Assembly: GCA_951406725.2 (NCBI GenBank)
Contig: OX597815.1
Span: 101,308,001-101,372,000 of the forward strand
From: Octopus vulgaris
Taxonomy: Eukaryota
DNA: 64,000 nt
Direction of reading: 5' to 3'
Shown here: positions 13,451-25,246 of the stretch, in pieces
Layout: each line of letters opens with the position of its first letter
How positions within the stretch are numbered: position 1 is the first letter of the stretch
Made by a program: the position numbers and the translations under genes
Notes under the pieces: generated by a model
What the model was told of the DNA's origin: nothing
The model's database searches: none
Seen by the model: the letters and a program-made list of their open reading frames with translations, nothing else

Positions 13451-13832
13451 TGTTAGTATTCCCATCGACGTGGACGTTAATTATTAGATATTATTAGATA
13501 CTACATATTATTAGTAAGAGCTTAAATAAATCGAATTCACCGATTTGCATTTGTAACGCATTCTTAGGAGCTGGTTCCATTAATAAATTACTAGTATCTT
13601 AACAGTGTGTTGTTACAATATTACACTGCACTACAGAATACTTCTATAGATTTTAGTGAACACTGTATGCAGTAGAGAGATGTAAACACCTTGCGTTTAT
13701 ATACAAAATATTACTGGATGCCTTTTATTCAGGTGCAAGGTGTTTGCATCTGTCCGATACATTCTCCTTGGCTAAAATATAGTTATATTTTAATGTACGC
13801 TATAACACAGACACAGACACACAGACACACAG

Positions 13833-13914
<82 letters not shown>

Positions 13915-15318
13915 AGATGTAAGCTTGCTCACATTAGTTTGATGTTATATTTGGTGAGTAGAACGTCAAGAATTTTCATTTACTTAGGATCGAGTTCAAA
14001 TGTAATACCAGACTTCACCCAGCAAGTGTCGTAGAGGAAGAAGTAAGTCAGTTTATAACAGTATGTGTAGGAAAAACAATGCAAAAATCGATATTAAATA
14101 TTAGAACACACTTCAGCATAGTTCAGTATAACTTATCGGCCATTATCAGTGTAGTAGCTCTCCATAATGTCTTACTGTGTTGATCCTTCGTATTGTTCTC
14201 GAGATCTACAGCTGGTGTTCACTCGCTTACATTTTGTAGTAGTTTTCTTAGACAAGTGATCTATCCACCCCCTTTTGCTCTTTCTGTATTTCTCTGTATC
14301 TCTTTCTGTAAGAGAATGTGTGTGTGCGCGCGCATATGTGTGCAAGTGTGTGTATAAGTCTGTGAGTGTGTGTAGGTTACGTTAAAGAAATTCATAAATC
14401 AACAAATGCAGCAGCTGGCAAATTTACAGCTGTGAAAAAACTGTCGCCCGCGCGCATGTGTAATATGTCTGTATATGTGCTTTCGTATGAGTTTGTATAT
14501 GTAATGTGTTATATGTGTGTGCGTATGTGTGTTTGTGTGTGTATGTGTATGTGTGTGTGTGTGTGTGTGTGTTTGTGTCAGTAACAAGTTTATGTGTGTA
14601 ATGTGTTGATATGTGTATGTATATGTTTACGTGTGTCATGACAATTTTTGGACACTTGCTTATGATGAAGGTCACAACTTTGCTGTTAATATCACTAAAC
14701 CTGTATCAGCCGTCTCTCTATCTCTTTTGTGCATCAGATATTTCCTTGAACCTAGGTTGCAATACCATGCCTCAATGTTTATGACTTGATATTGCAGTCT
14801 ATCCTAGCAAAAGTCTCTACTGGTTCCTCCCTCTGAAATGTGATGTCTGCGAATAAGCTTTCAGTTACTATAATGGAAAGTGTCCCTAACAATACCTCTG
14901 AAAAATACATCTGCTGCCTCTACCACTCTCAGCCCTCTTCCAGTCACCAACAAGTCTTCAACCATATGTTGTCTTACATCTAGAGTGTATATATATATAT
15001 ACATATATGGAAAAAAGAGTCAAGGTAGAAAATGCTAAAATAATTTTATAAAAAACATTTCAGTACCGATTTCAATCATTGAGACTTTTTCTTCTGTAAG
15101 TATAGAAAACAATTAAATTTTGGAAAAAATTAAAAGAAAAGTTTTTTAAAAGAATATTTATATAGTATTCAAATACAGGGAGCATTTTCCTTGTTTCTGC
15201 CTGTTTCTGTCTCTCTCTTGTTTACTCTTGTGGGTTCGCGGTCATTGGATATATATATATACATATATATATAATGATAAATCTCAGAGCGAGTTATAAA
15301 CAGTAGCGGTAACACATC

Positions 15319-15692
15319 GTGACGCATATTTGCCATTTGAATATGGCTCACCCATAAGGGTGGATGCTACTGTAGTTTGTAGCCCCAGGAAGATATCTCC
15401 TCCAGTTGGCTATAGACACACTACCTGGAAAAGGTATATGTATTTGTGAAGGGATCTGATTTCTCGTCGACAACCATGATTGTCACACGCTGATGGAAGG
15501 TAAACACCTTGAAACTCGGGTACGTGTGTATCATGTGTTGAAGACGGGGAGGATGACTCCCCTTCACAAATACTGAGAGGACACAGGTAGTGTGTCTATA
15601 GCCAACTGGAGGAGATATCTTCCTGGGGCTACAAACTACAGTAGCATCCACCCTAATGGGTCAGCCATATTCAAATGGCAAATATGCGTCAC
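15319..15692. repeat. Long inverted repeat (109-bp arms, 2 mismatches) enclosing structured spacer and HHR
   Basis: 15319-15427 is the reverse complement of 15584-15692; inner helix 15440-15453/15560-15573; inserted in (TA)n. Confidence 0.9.
15484..15528 (+). ncRNA. Type I hammerhead ribozyme (A9G core variant) at a hairpin apex
   Basis: Stem I CACACG/CGTGTG; core CTGATGG; stem II AAGGT-AAAC-ACCTT; GAAA; stem III ACTC/GGGT; GTA cleavage after 15522. Confidence 0.7.
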
Positions 15693-16316
15693 TATATATA
15701 TATATATATATGCTTATTCTTTTCTAAACCTATTTCCCCACTGACTTCAATGACTGCGCTGTTTTTGGTGCGCGTGCACCTCATGCACTGATGCTCTAAG
15801 TACAGGCGCTAGATCTTTTGCAGTAATTAGTTTCACCCACTATACACACCCCGAGTAAACACACAAGCTTTAAACATCATTAATCCCTTTCTCAGTTCCA
15901 AGCCTGGCCTCTACCAAAACCATCACCGTCTCTAGATCCATCGGATTGTTTGACCGTTGCCTAAACACGGCTATCAACTTCCACTTACTAAGTAACGGCA
16001 GCTTTCTCCTGATCATTGTCATTGAACATAGCACACTGGTCAGTATGGTCAGCCAACTGGTCAACTTTTATGCTATCGATGGCAGCGATTGTACTTAATT
16101 TTTTTACCTATTTGAAACAGCTAAGTTACCGGAACAATTACCTTAACTATGTCTTCCACGTTCCTTCATGCATAAAACTGGAGAATGTTGGTTTTAGGTA
16201 AGTTTGGTTGTTATTTTTAGCGGGTCGTTGGTTCGACGTACATTGGTGTAGGTAGTTGCAGATGAAATATGATAATTGTTTCTTGCCATGTCATAGATGG
16301 CACTACATGTTTATAA

Positions 16317-16350
<34 letters not shown>

Positions 16351-19300
16351 TCATGTGCATGCGTGCGTATGTACGTGTGTATGGAGTTCATTGAAATTGT
16401 CGATTGCATGATTTCCCAAGGAGATTAGTGACGTAACTAAAGCGAATTTGTTTTGTTTGACTATAGTTTTTAGCTCGCCTGTTGTTTCATGAATACATTG
16501 ACATTTAAACAGAATTGAGATTATCGGAATAAACGATTCTCAATGAACAATGTTTACTTTTTGTAAAAAAAAAAACCCAAAAGATGTTGCTGTTTTAACC
16601 CCAGGTAGTCCTCAACTGAGTAGAATGATGATGAAAGATGTTCCAGCCATACTCATCCCATCTTTTTGTGTATCTAATACTACATTGTTTAATGTATCCT
16701 CTCTCTTTAGAGAGAAGATACTTTGAATAATGTAGAGTGTGTGATTTGGCAGCAACTCGGTTGACCATGTAGAAGCTCCCTAATTGTCTTGAACAATGTT
16801 GTGAAACGAGCCTTCGACTCGATGGTTGATGCATTAAATATTTCTAATATAAGGCTAAATTTTAGAAGAGAACAATCTGTGAAATTGACCACAAAAAAAA
16901 TTAGATTTGAAATCAATGTTGCAATAATTTCCCGTGTCTAATGCTGCATTATTTCTACCTATCCGCCCTCTTTAATGTATTAATAAAGCTATGCCTTTAA
17001 ATGTATTTGGTGCTAATGTTGCTAAAATTATCTTATATTTTATATCGTTACATTGAAAACATTTATGGCTGATATCATTTTGATATATCAATATAAATCA
17101 ATTTCTATGGTATTTTTGTATGATTATAGAATACTATAAAATATTAATTAATGAAATATTAATTGGGAATATTGATCAAAAGACTTATCTGATATAATGG
17201 ATATATGTTGGCGAGGGCTTTTGTTATAAATCTTGAAATATTTATGTAACCTTTAATTTCTGCCATAGAACAAAACCGAGAGAGAGAGAGAGAGAGAGAA
17301 GGAGAGAGAAAGAGGGAGAGAGAGAGGAGGAGAAAGAAAAAGAAGAAAGTGACCGATATACGATATACGAGACAGAAGATGTGAAAGAGAGAAAATATAG
17401 TCCCCGTTACTTAGCAGTTCGGCAAAAGAGACCAATAGAATAAGTACTAGGATTACAAAGAATAAGTCCTGGGATCGATTTCTTCGACTAGAACCTTTCA
17501 GCATGGTCGCTAATTTTTTTCTGGCTCTCAAACGATTGAATCACATCGGAAATTTCACGCTTTATAGAAATTCCTGTTTCTATTTCGATTCTTAAATTTC
17601 ATAATATTATTTCATTATACTAAAAACTTCGTTTATGTCCTCGATTTCCTTCGTTAGTTAATGAGCTTTAAAGTTTTCTTTGTTTTTTCCTTTCCTCCTC
17701 CTTTCTGATTTATGGCAAAAGCTAAAGGTTACATAAATATTAGTCATAATATCGGATGAACTGTTTGATAAATATTTCTATAATTAGAATTGCAAAATTC
17801 TTATGCCAGAGAAATTTATTTTTATTACTTCATCAAAAGGGTATTAAATATGTTTCCGATGTCACATTATAAAATATGACATGTTTATTAAACAGCTGCA
17901 CGCTCTCTCTAAAACTTGTTTCATCAAACTAAACATTCCGATTATATCCTAGATACGACTCCATTGTTAAAGTAATTTAAAACTGTTTCTTTCATCATCA
18001 TAGTTTAACGTTCGCTTTCCTTGTTGGCATGGGTTGGACAGTTTGACTGAAAACTGTTAAGTCGGGGAGTTATATTACACAAACTGTTTCATTATATTAG
18101 AAATTCCTTGATGCGTTCGATTCCGAACACCGCGAAGAGCAGAATATTGATATAGATAAAAATTTACGGCAATAGTGTATTCAATCTGAAGTGGTATTAC
18201 GATTTTTGACATCGACATAAAGCCACGGAATTATAGTGGCTCGAGGATTTAGTCAATTTGATTAATCCCAGAACTCGCCAGGGCACTTATTTAATGAATG
18301 AATGGGCGGATGGAAAGTACAATTCAACAATAAGGAGATTTGTTCTCAAAATGTAAAGAGAGGTTTTACTAAACGTAGTAAGGGATTTTGTCGGATGCAG
18401 ATTTCACCATTTACCATTTTATATAATTATTTCTTATATAGGTACTCGATTACATATTTTGGGGAGAGATATAGATGATTAAACTGATCCCAGAAATTAA
18501 ACTGTTCCTAAAATAATCAACGACAGAAGCATAAAAATTGAAGTTAACGCTTGTAGACTTGAATGCAGAACGTAAAGCGATGCAACTAAATACTGCCATG
18601 CATTTTAACTGGCGCTCTACAGATTATCTTAATCGATGCTATGATTTATTTCATTGTTTAACCCTAGGGCGTCCTTTTACGAGCAGATTTTGATCACAAA
18701 TGACCTAGTAATGGTTATAGCAATTTTTTTTATATCAGGGACTACATATACTTGCTGTATATTCTCCTGTTCTTTATGCATATATGCGTGTATATTTATA
18801 TATGTATGTATGCATGTTTGTATGCATGTATGTGTTTGTGTGTGTGTCTGGATGATTAGCGGTTTTATACTGATTATACCTAGAAATTACAAAAATTGAG
18901 ATTAAAATAGATCATGTCCAGTGAGAGGGAGGGAGAGAGGGAGAGAGAGACTATGTAACGAGGTAGGAGGGTGTACAAAAATGAACGAAGAAAACAAGAT
19001 ATTCGCTGATCAAATATTTTAGTCAGTTTGTGTTCAGTATTTTGTCATTATCAGAGAATCCCCGAATAACAACTATTTTTAGATATAGCACTAAAGACAG
19101 AATATAACAGAATATAACTGAATATAGAATACCATCTATATTCGTGTCAAATTCGAATATTTTCACACTGGATTTTTTGGTCAAATTTCAGAGTTGATCA
19201 TTATAGGGATTCTACTTTTACCGTGCAGGTATTCGATTAGCAGAAACCCAAATAAAGCTTTATTAAAATCAGAAAAACACATAAAATGAAGTAGTTGTAT

Positions 19301-19466
19301 ATACACTGTGTCATGGAAAAAAGCGTTTTAGTTACGACTAAACCACCTTGAGAAAGGCGTGGAGTAATACAACTACAACAGCCTACAGTTTTATAAAATC
19401 TCTCTCTCTTCCTCTCTCTCCCCTCTCTCCTCTCCCTCCCTCTCTCTATATATCAATAATAATAAT

Positions 19467-20070
19467 AATCCTTTCTACAATACGCACAAGGCCTGAAATT
19501 TGAAGAGAGAGGACTAGACGATTACATCGACCCCATTATTCAATTGATACTTGATTTATCGACCCTGAAAGGATGAAAGGCATAGTCGACCTAGGCAGAA
19601 TTTGAACTAAGAAGGTAGCGGCAGATGAAATACCTATTTCATTACTACCCACAAGGGGCTAAACACAGAGGAGACGAACAAGGACAGATAAACGGATTAA
19701 GTCGATTATATCGACCCCAATGTGTAACTGGTACTTAATTTATCGACCCCGAAAGGATGAAAGGCAAAGTCGACCTCGGCGGAATTTGAACTCAGAACAT
19801 AGCGGCAGACGAAATACTGCTAAGCACATCGCCCGGCGTGCTAATAATAATAATAGCCTTTAATAATAATAATAACTATCATTTAAAATTTTTGGGTGAA
19901 GGGATTAAGTCGATTACATCGACGCCCGTGCGTAACTGATACTTAATCAATCCCGAAAGGATGAAAGGCAAAGTCGATCTCAGTGGAATTTGAATTCAGA
20001 CCGTAAAGACAAGCGAAATACCTCAAAGTATTTCGCCCGGCGTGCTACCGAGTCTGTCTACTCGTTGCCT
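19467..20070 (-). mobile_element. SINE family B cluster (three cores)
   Basis: Repeated CGACCCCGAAAGGATGAAAGGCAAAGTCGACC motifs at ~19560, ~19745 and ~19952. Confidence 0.85.
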
Positions 20071-20071
<1 letters not shown>

Positions 20072-20138
<67 letters not shown>

Positions 20139-20139
20139 G

Positions 20140-20195
<56 letters not shown>
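20072..20195. repeat. (TAA)n microsatellite (others at 47510-47782, 48471-48533, 51529-51673, 52240-52312, 53700-53793, 55318-55391)
   Basis: Direct inspection. Confidence 0.95.
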
Positions 20196-20197
<2 letters not shown>

Positions 20198-20238
20198 TGC
20201 AGTACCAGGCAGTGGCCCTCATGGCTTCTGATCTTAAC

Positions 20239-20827
20239 AAAGCGCGCGGAATTCTGTTTTTGATTCGACGGTCATTCGGAATGCTCACAGCAGCCATATT
20301 CCTGCCACTCTATGTCACGCTGGTGAGACCCATATTGGAGTATGGGATTCAAGCCTCTTCTCCTTATCTCCTCAAAGACATACAGCACCTCGAAAGAGTC
20401 CAGAGGCTGGCTACCCGCATGGTTCATGGTCTCAAAAATTTGTCCTACGAAGAAAGGCTGAGGACGCTCGACCTTTGTTCTCTTGAAAAACGCCGCCGCC
20501 GTGGTGATCTCATTCTCGCCCACAACATCATAAGCGGGAAGTGTAACCTCTCGAAAGAGCTGTTCTTCACTCCTGCTCCGGAGCGTCGGCTGCGGGGTCA
20601 TTCCGAAAAGCTCTACCTGCGACGATTTCATCTCAATCGAAGGAGAGGAGCTTTCTGGGTTGCGGATCCGTGGAACAAGCTGCCAGACGAGATGGTGAAG
20701 ATGCCGACGACCGCTTTGTTCAAAGCCTCCCTGGACCTCAAGTGGCCTGAACTCTTTACATGAACACCACCCTGTACTTAACTCCATGTCCCCCTACATG
20801 GCCTTGCTATTTGCTTTTGAGCCAAAT

Positions 20828-20864
<37 letters not shown>
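20239..20864 (+). mobile_element. Young 5'-truncated CR1/L2-group LINE 3' end with (CTAA)n tail
   Basis: Open frame LYVTLVRPILEYG...W/SPY..DIQHLERVQRLATRMV...LSYEERLRTLDL.SLEKRRRRGDLI...RGHS.KL...WN.LP (CR1-group RT C-terminus), ending in a (CTAA)n tail. Confidence 0.9.
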
Positions 20865-21370
20865 GATTGGAAGTGTTATCATGTACATTGTTTTGTCTTG
20901 GTATAAAAGATGGGCTACAGCAAATATTCTGCTCAATACCACAGATTTGCTTGTCAGTTGTTTGACTTTAACCAGTTGAGCATGTCCCTTAGTGGCTGAC
21001 GATATGTGCATCTCTGATCACGAGCAGAAGTAGTGGGGGAGCATCATAGCCATGTGTTGAGAGGGATTCTTTGGGGTTTGAATAATTCACCTCTGGAAAC
21101 ATGGGTGTTTCGTTCAACATCCTTAAACAACCCTTAGTCAGGGACCTTTCGAGTGGGATGGGTTACTCGACCAGAAGAAAATTCTAACTGGGCCCCACCT
21201 GCAAGGTCATGTGCTGTTTATTTTGATATGAGATCACCATGTCGCGCACATATGGTTGTGATGCATGTGCCTAGTGTACCCTTATCAGACGGGTAGTCAT
21301 GATGGGTATACTGGGCTTCGTATATTTTACCCCAGTGTCATTTTGATGGCATGCACTGCTCTCTCACTCA
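20865..21370 (+). mobile_element. Non-coding (TAA)n-flanked repeat (probable RLE-LINE 3' UTR or derived SINE)
   Basis: Ends CTCTCACTC-(AAT)n. An inverted copy lies at 54838-55310, also between (TAA)n runs. Confidence 0.7.
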
Positions 21371-21539
21371 ATAATAATAATAATAATAATCATAACAACA
21401 ACGACAACAACAACAATAATAATAATAATCCTTTCTACTATAGACACAAGGCCTGAAATTTGGGGTGGGGTATAGTCGATTACACTGACCCCAATGTTTC
21501 CTTGGTAATTAATTTATCGATCTCGAAATAATAATGATA

Positions 21540-21690
21540 ATAATAATGAGGATTATTACGAAGTGGTATAGCATTACCTTTAATTCCTTTTTATATATAC
21601 AGCTTTAAATAGAGAGACACGTGTTTCAACTGTATAAATAAAAAATAATTGAAGGTAATGCTACGTCATTTCGGAATAGTCCTTATTATT
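21540..21690. repeat. Imperfect hairpin (~60-bp arms) with GAAACACGTGTC in the loop (minus strand)
   Basis: GAGGATTATTACGAAGTGGTATAGCATTACCTTTAATT versus AATTGAAGGTAATGCTACGTCATTTCGGAATAGTCCTT. Confidence 0.6.
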
Positions 21691-21913
21691 ATTACTATTA
21701 TTATTATTGATATTATGTATTCCAGGAAATCTATGTGGTTAAGGTAATATTTTTAGAATTATCCAACGGAATATATCTCTGAATTCTTATCTTATGAGAA
21801 TTATTATTGGATTTATATATTAAGCGTTCAACAACCTATTTTGAATATCTAACTCTGTGAGCAAACCGGTAAAGGTTTGGAGAAATCCCTTACGAATTAT
21901 CAATATATATTAT

Positions 21914-21951
<38 letters not shown>

Positions 21952-22066
21952 CGATAGATAGATATGTATATATATATAAATATATTTTTTCAAAATGTGA
22001 CCTCGTGAGTACCGTTGGCGATTTTTTTCCCTCTGTCTTCCCTTCTCGGGATCTTTCCTTCTCCTA

Positions 22067-22102
22067 TGTTTCCGACGAAGAGCTCCGCTCGAAACGTTAA
22101 TG
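22067..22102 (+). ncRNA. Minimal PLE-type hammerhead motif (U4C variant) in a (TA)n-flanked terminus (~21990-22200)
   Basis: GTTT-CCGACGA-A-GAGC-TCC-GCTC-GAAA-CG-TT-AA. Confidence 0.55.
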
Positions 22103-22219
22103 CCTCCTTCTTCCCTTCTTTCCTGAGCGTCCAATAATACTATATTTGTTCCACGTCCTCGCGTTGTTGTGTTTTTTTGTGTTTTCTTGTTTGGATTAGC
22201 TTTATATATATATATATAT

Positions 22220-22282
<63 letters not shown>

Positions 22283-22287
22283 TATAC

Positions 22288-22642
22288 ACGGTGCGTTAGA
22301 TATTAGAGGACACATTTATGTTTTTTTATAAAAAAAAAACAATATATAAAATAAGATATATATAAAACAGATATATAAAATAACAGATAACTTTATTTAT
22401 GAAAAAATACTATGAGGATAAAAATAAACCTTCTTTTCTATAATGTTAATCAATAAAGCCACCTTCAGCTTCAACAACTGCTTCTATATGAGATCTAAAT
22501 CATCTACATACTCGAATCAAGTGGTCCTGGTTCATTTTGGTCATTACTCTGACTATGGCAGCTTTCCAAGTATCTTTGGTATTATGGGCGTGTTCATTGA
22601 CTTCTCTCTCAACAACACTCCACATGTAATAGTCCAATAGGA
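22288..22642 (-). mobile_element. Tc1/mariner (maT-like) transposase C-terminus and right end
   Basis: Minus frame LDYYMWSVVEREVNEHAHNTKDTWKAAIVRVM...LIRVCR*FRSHIEAVVEAEGGFID; ends near TA-CACGGTG; truncated by a SINE A insertion. Confidence 0.7.
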
Positions 22643-23612
22643 TTGTGTCTATCTTTGTTCCCCCACACCCATTGGCAACTGGTGTTGATGTGTTTGCGTC
22701 CCTGTAACTTAGCGGTTCGGCAAAAGACGGAGATACAATAAGTATCAGGCTTAAAAGAATAATTACAGGGGTCGATCCACTCGACTAAAAATTCTTCAAG
22801 ACCATACCCCAGCATGACCATAGCATAAGGACTGAAACTAGTAAAACAAAATGTTATAAAGGGAGAGATTGACCTAATTTGGTTTCGAATCCTGTTGAAC
22901 TCATCTTCAGAAGTCACTTATTCACCTTTTTTGCCCATACAGTTATTTACAGTTATTAAATATTGTTATTCCTGTAAAATACTTAGTCTGATTTGCGTAA
23001 GTTACGATTTGCTTAAATAACTGCGATAATTCATTTATTATTGCAATGAGTAGCGTAGTTATTAGAACATATTGATAAAATCAATTGTTATTACATTAAT
23101 ATAATACAAGCGTATAATTATAAATCTATATAACGGTATGCTTAATACTTTTCGCTGACACTGTAAGACTGGACAAATAACTGTTGTTTTCGGTTCCGCG
23201 GACTGAAAATTAAAAAGGCATTAATTAATTGAATTATCGCCAGCAAAGGGTTTAATTATGCAAATCAGGTTAACTGATTTAGAGACAACATTACATATAA
23301 TGGTTATAAATACATATACTTTATATACCTGCGACCACGCAAGATAGGTGTATGGATTCTGACGAGGAATTCATCGGGATTCCAAATCATATGACGTCAG
23401 TATTCGTATTGATTTCTCATGCATCCATGCTTGCAGACATGTATGTATGTATGTATGTATGTATGTATGTATGTATGTATGTATGTATGTATGTATGTAT
23501 GTATGTATGTATGTATGTATGTATGTTTGTATGTATGTATGTATGTATGTGGGTGTGTGTGTGTATGTATGTTTGTATGTATGTATGTATGTATGTATGT
23601 ATGTATGTGGGG

Positions 23613-23644
<32 letters not shown>

Positions 23645-23649
23645 GTGTG

Positions 23650-24214
23650 TCCTTATTGAGTTTTAAGATTTTTTTGCCAATAGAGAAAGAGCTGGTTTCT
23701 AACTTAGATCCAAGGCTCCTTCATTGGAATTTCAACATCAACAACAGGGTATTTTTGTATGCATGCATGCATGTATGTATGTATGTATGTATGTATGTAT
23801 GTATGTATGTATGTATGTATGTATGTATGTATGTATGTATGTATGTATGTGCAATGTCTGTGCAAGACCCTGCCTCAGTAAAGCTGGACTCATGAGTCAT
23901 CTTCGTAGTCATAAAACGAGACAGATGAGTGACAACCTGGCCACTGGTGGTGGTGTAACACACCCTACTAATCATATCTGTCGGGCATGTGAAAGAGAGT
24001 ATAATTCGGCAGGAGGACTTAAACGATATGCAAAGGTACATGAAGCCCAGTTACAACTACAGCCGGCTATTACCAGTAAAGGTCTTAGTTGCCAATTTTG
24101 TACAAGACATTGTAGATCTTTAGCTGGGCTAAAAAGTCACATTCGATCACAGCACCAGTAACAGTTAAGCTTCGTGCAATGGCCATACTCGATAACGAGG
24201 GGGCAGCCATAATG

Positions 24215-24246
<32 letters not shown>

Positions 24247-24530
24247 TGTATGTATGTATGTATGTATGTATGTATGTATGTATGTATGTATGTATGTATG
24301 TATGTATGTATGTGCAGATTTGTATGTTTTGTTTCATGTATGTATTCTCATGCATATAGTTGCATATCTAGACAAGCTCGTATATATTTAAATGATAAAC
24401 TTCTGGAAAGTTTTACAAATTTTTACAGTTCTAGTGATGGACTGGATCTGTAGTCTTCGAATTAGCTTTTTCCTTTCTGGTTCTGAGAAGCCCAATTTCT
24501 CAAGAAACTGGTATTCAGGCAGTGTGTTAT
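23650..24530 (-). mobile_element. 3' fragment of the (CATA)n-associated RLE LINE, interrupted by an RTE insertion
   Basis: C-terminus LEKLGFSEPERKKLIRRLQIQSITRTVKICKTFQKFII* at 24388-24530. The 3' UTR is split by 23845-24212; the intact version is at 62975-63190. Confidence 0.75.
23845..24212 (+). mobile_element. 5'-truncated RTE-like LINE 3' end encoding three C2H2 zinc fingers, (TATG)n tail
   Basis: CNVCARPCLSKAGLMSHLRSH / CRACEREYNSAGGLKRYAKVH / CQFCTRHCRSLAGLKSHIRSQH*, short 3' UTR GCAATGGCCATACTCG...CGAG...CAGCCAT, flanked by (TATG)n. The CxxC.R.C.S..GL.SH.R.H type matches RTE C-terminal fingers, and there are no TGEKP linkers. Confidence 0.7.
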
Positions 24531-24798
24531 GTATGTATGTGTGTATGTATGTATGTATGTATGTATGTATGTATGTATGTATGTATGTATGTATGTATGT
24601 ATGTATGTATGTATGTATGTATGTATGTATGTATGTATGTATGTATGTATGTATGTATGTATGTATGTATGTATGTATGTATGTATGTATGTATGTATGT
24701 ATGTATGTATGTATGTATGTATGTATGTATGTATGTATGTATGTATGTATGTATGTATGTATGTATGTATGTATGTATGTATGTATGTATGCATGTAT
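24530..24798. repeat. (TATG)n microsatellite, ~260 bp (others at 23440-23640, 33660-33762, 43925-44245, 62810-62872, 63188-63322)
   Basis: Direct inspection. Confidence 0.95.
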
Positions 24799-25123
24799 GT
24801 GCGCTACTGGTAACATGTAATCCAGTGTTCAGATACGTAGATATTAGCAAGTGAAACCAATGGTACGTAGGTAATCGTTTTTATTTCGTATGTTTTCATT
24901 TGTCTGGCTCATTTTTACATTTTGGCGTTTTGCTGAGCTTTTTTTTCTTGAGAACACATTCTTCGTGGTAATGGCGATCTGACGTCTATGTTTAGCATAT
25001 AGGGTGTCCACGTTAGTGGTCATTCCTCTTAATTTTGTATGTAACACAATTTTTTATCTTTGGATTTTTAAATATGCTAAGACACTGATTTTAATTGATT
25101 AACATCAATTTCTGCCTTTATTA

Positions 25124-25230
<107 letters not shown>

Positions 25231-25246
25231 TACATACACGACGGGT

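Noticed and set aside
19540-20000. CRISPR-like regularly spaced repeats (GACCCCGAAAGGATGAAAGGCAAAGTCGAC)
   Set aside because: Spacing is ~190 nt with homologous spacers, the context is eukaryotic and there are no cas genes; these are SINE cores.
19990-20763. 257-aa ORF as a single gene
   Set aside because: A chimera of SINE sequence, (TAA)n poly-Ile and a CR1 RT C-terminus.
20828-20864. Telomere-like repeat
   Set aside because: (CTAA)n lacks the TTAGGG G-run and is the LINE tail.
23724-24161. Host C2H2 zinc-finger transcription factor
   Set aside because: No TGEKP linkers or splice sites; the N-terminus is microsatellite; the LINE-like 3' UTR and tail are shared with the 6.3-6.7 kb copy.
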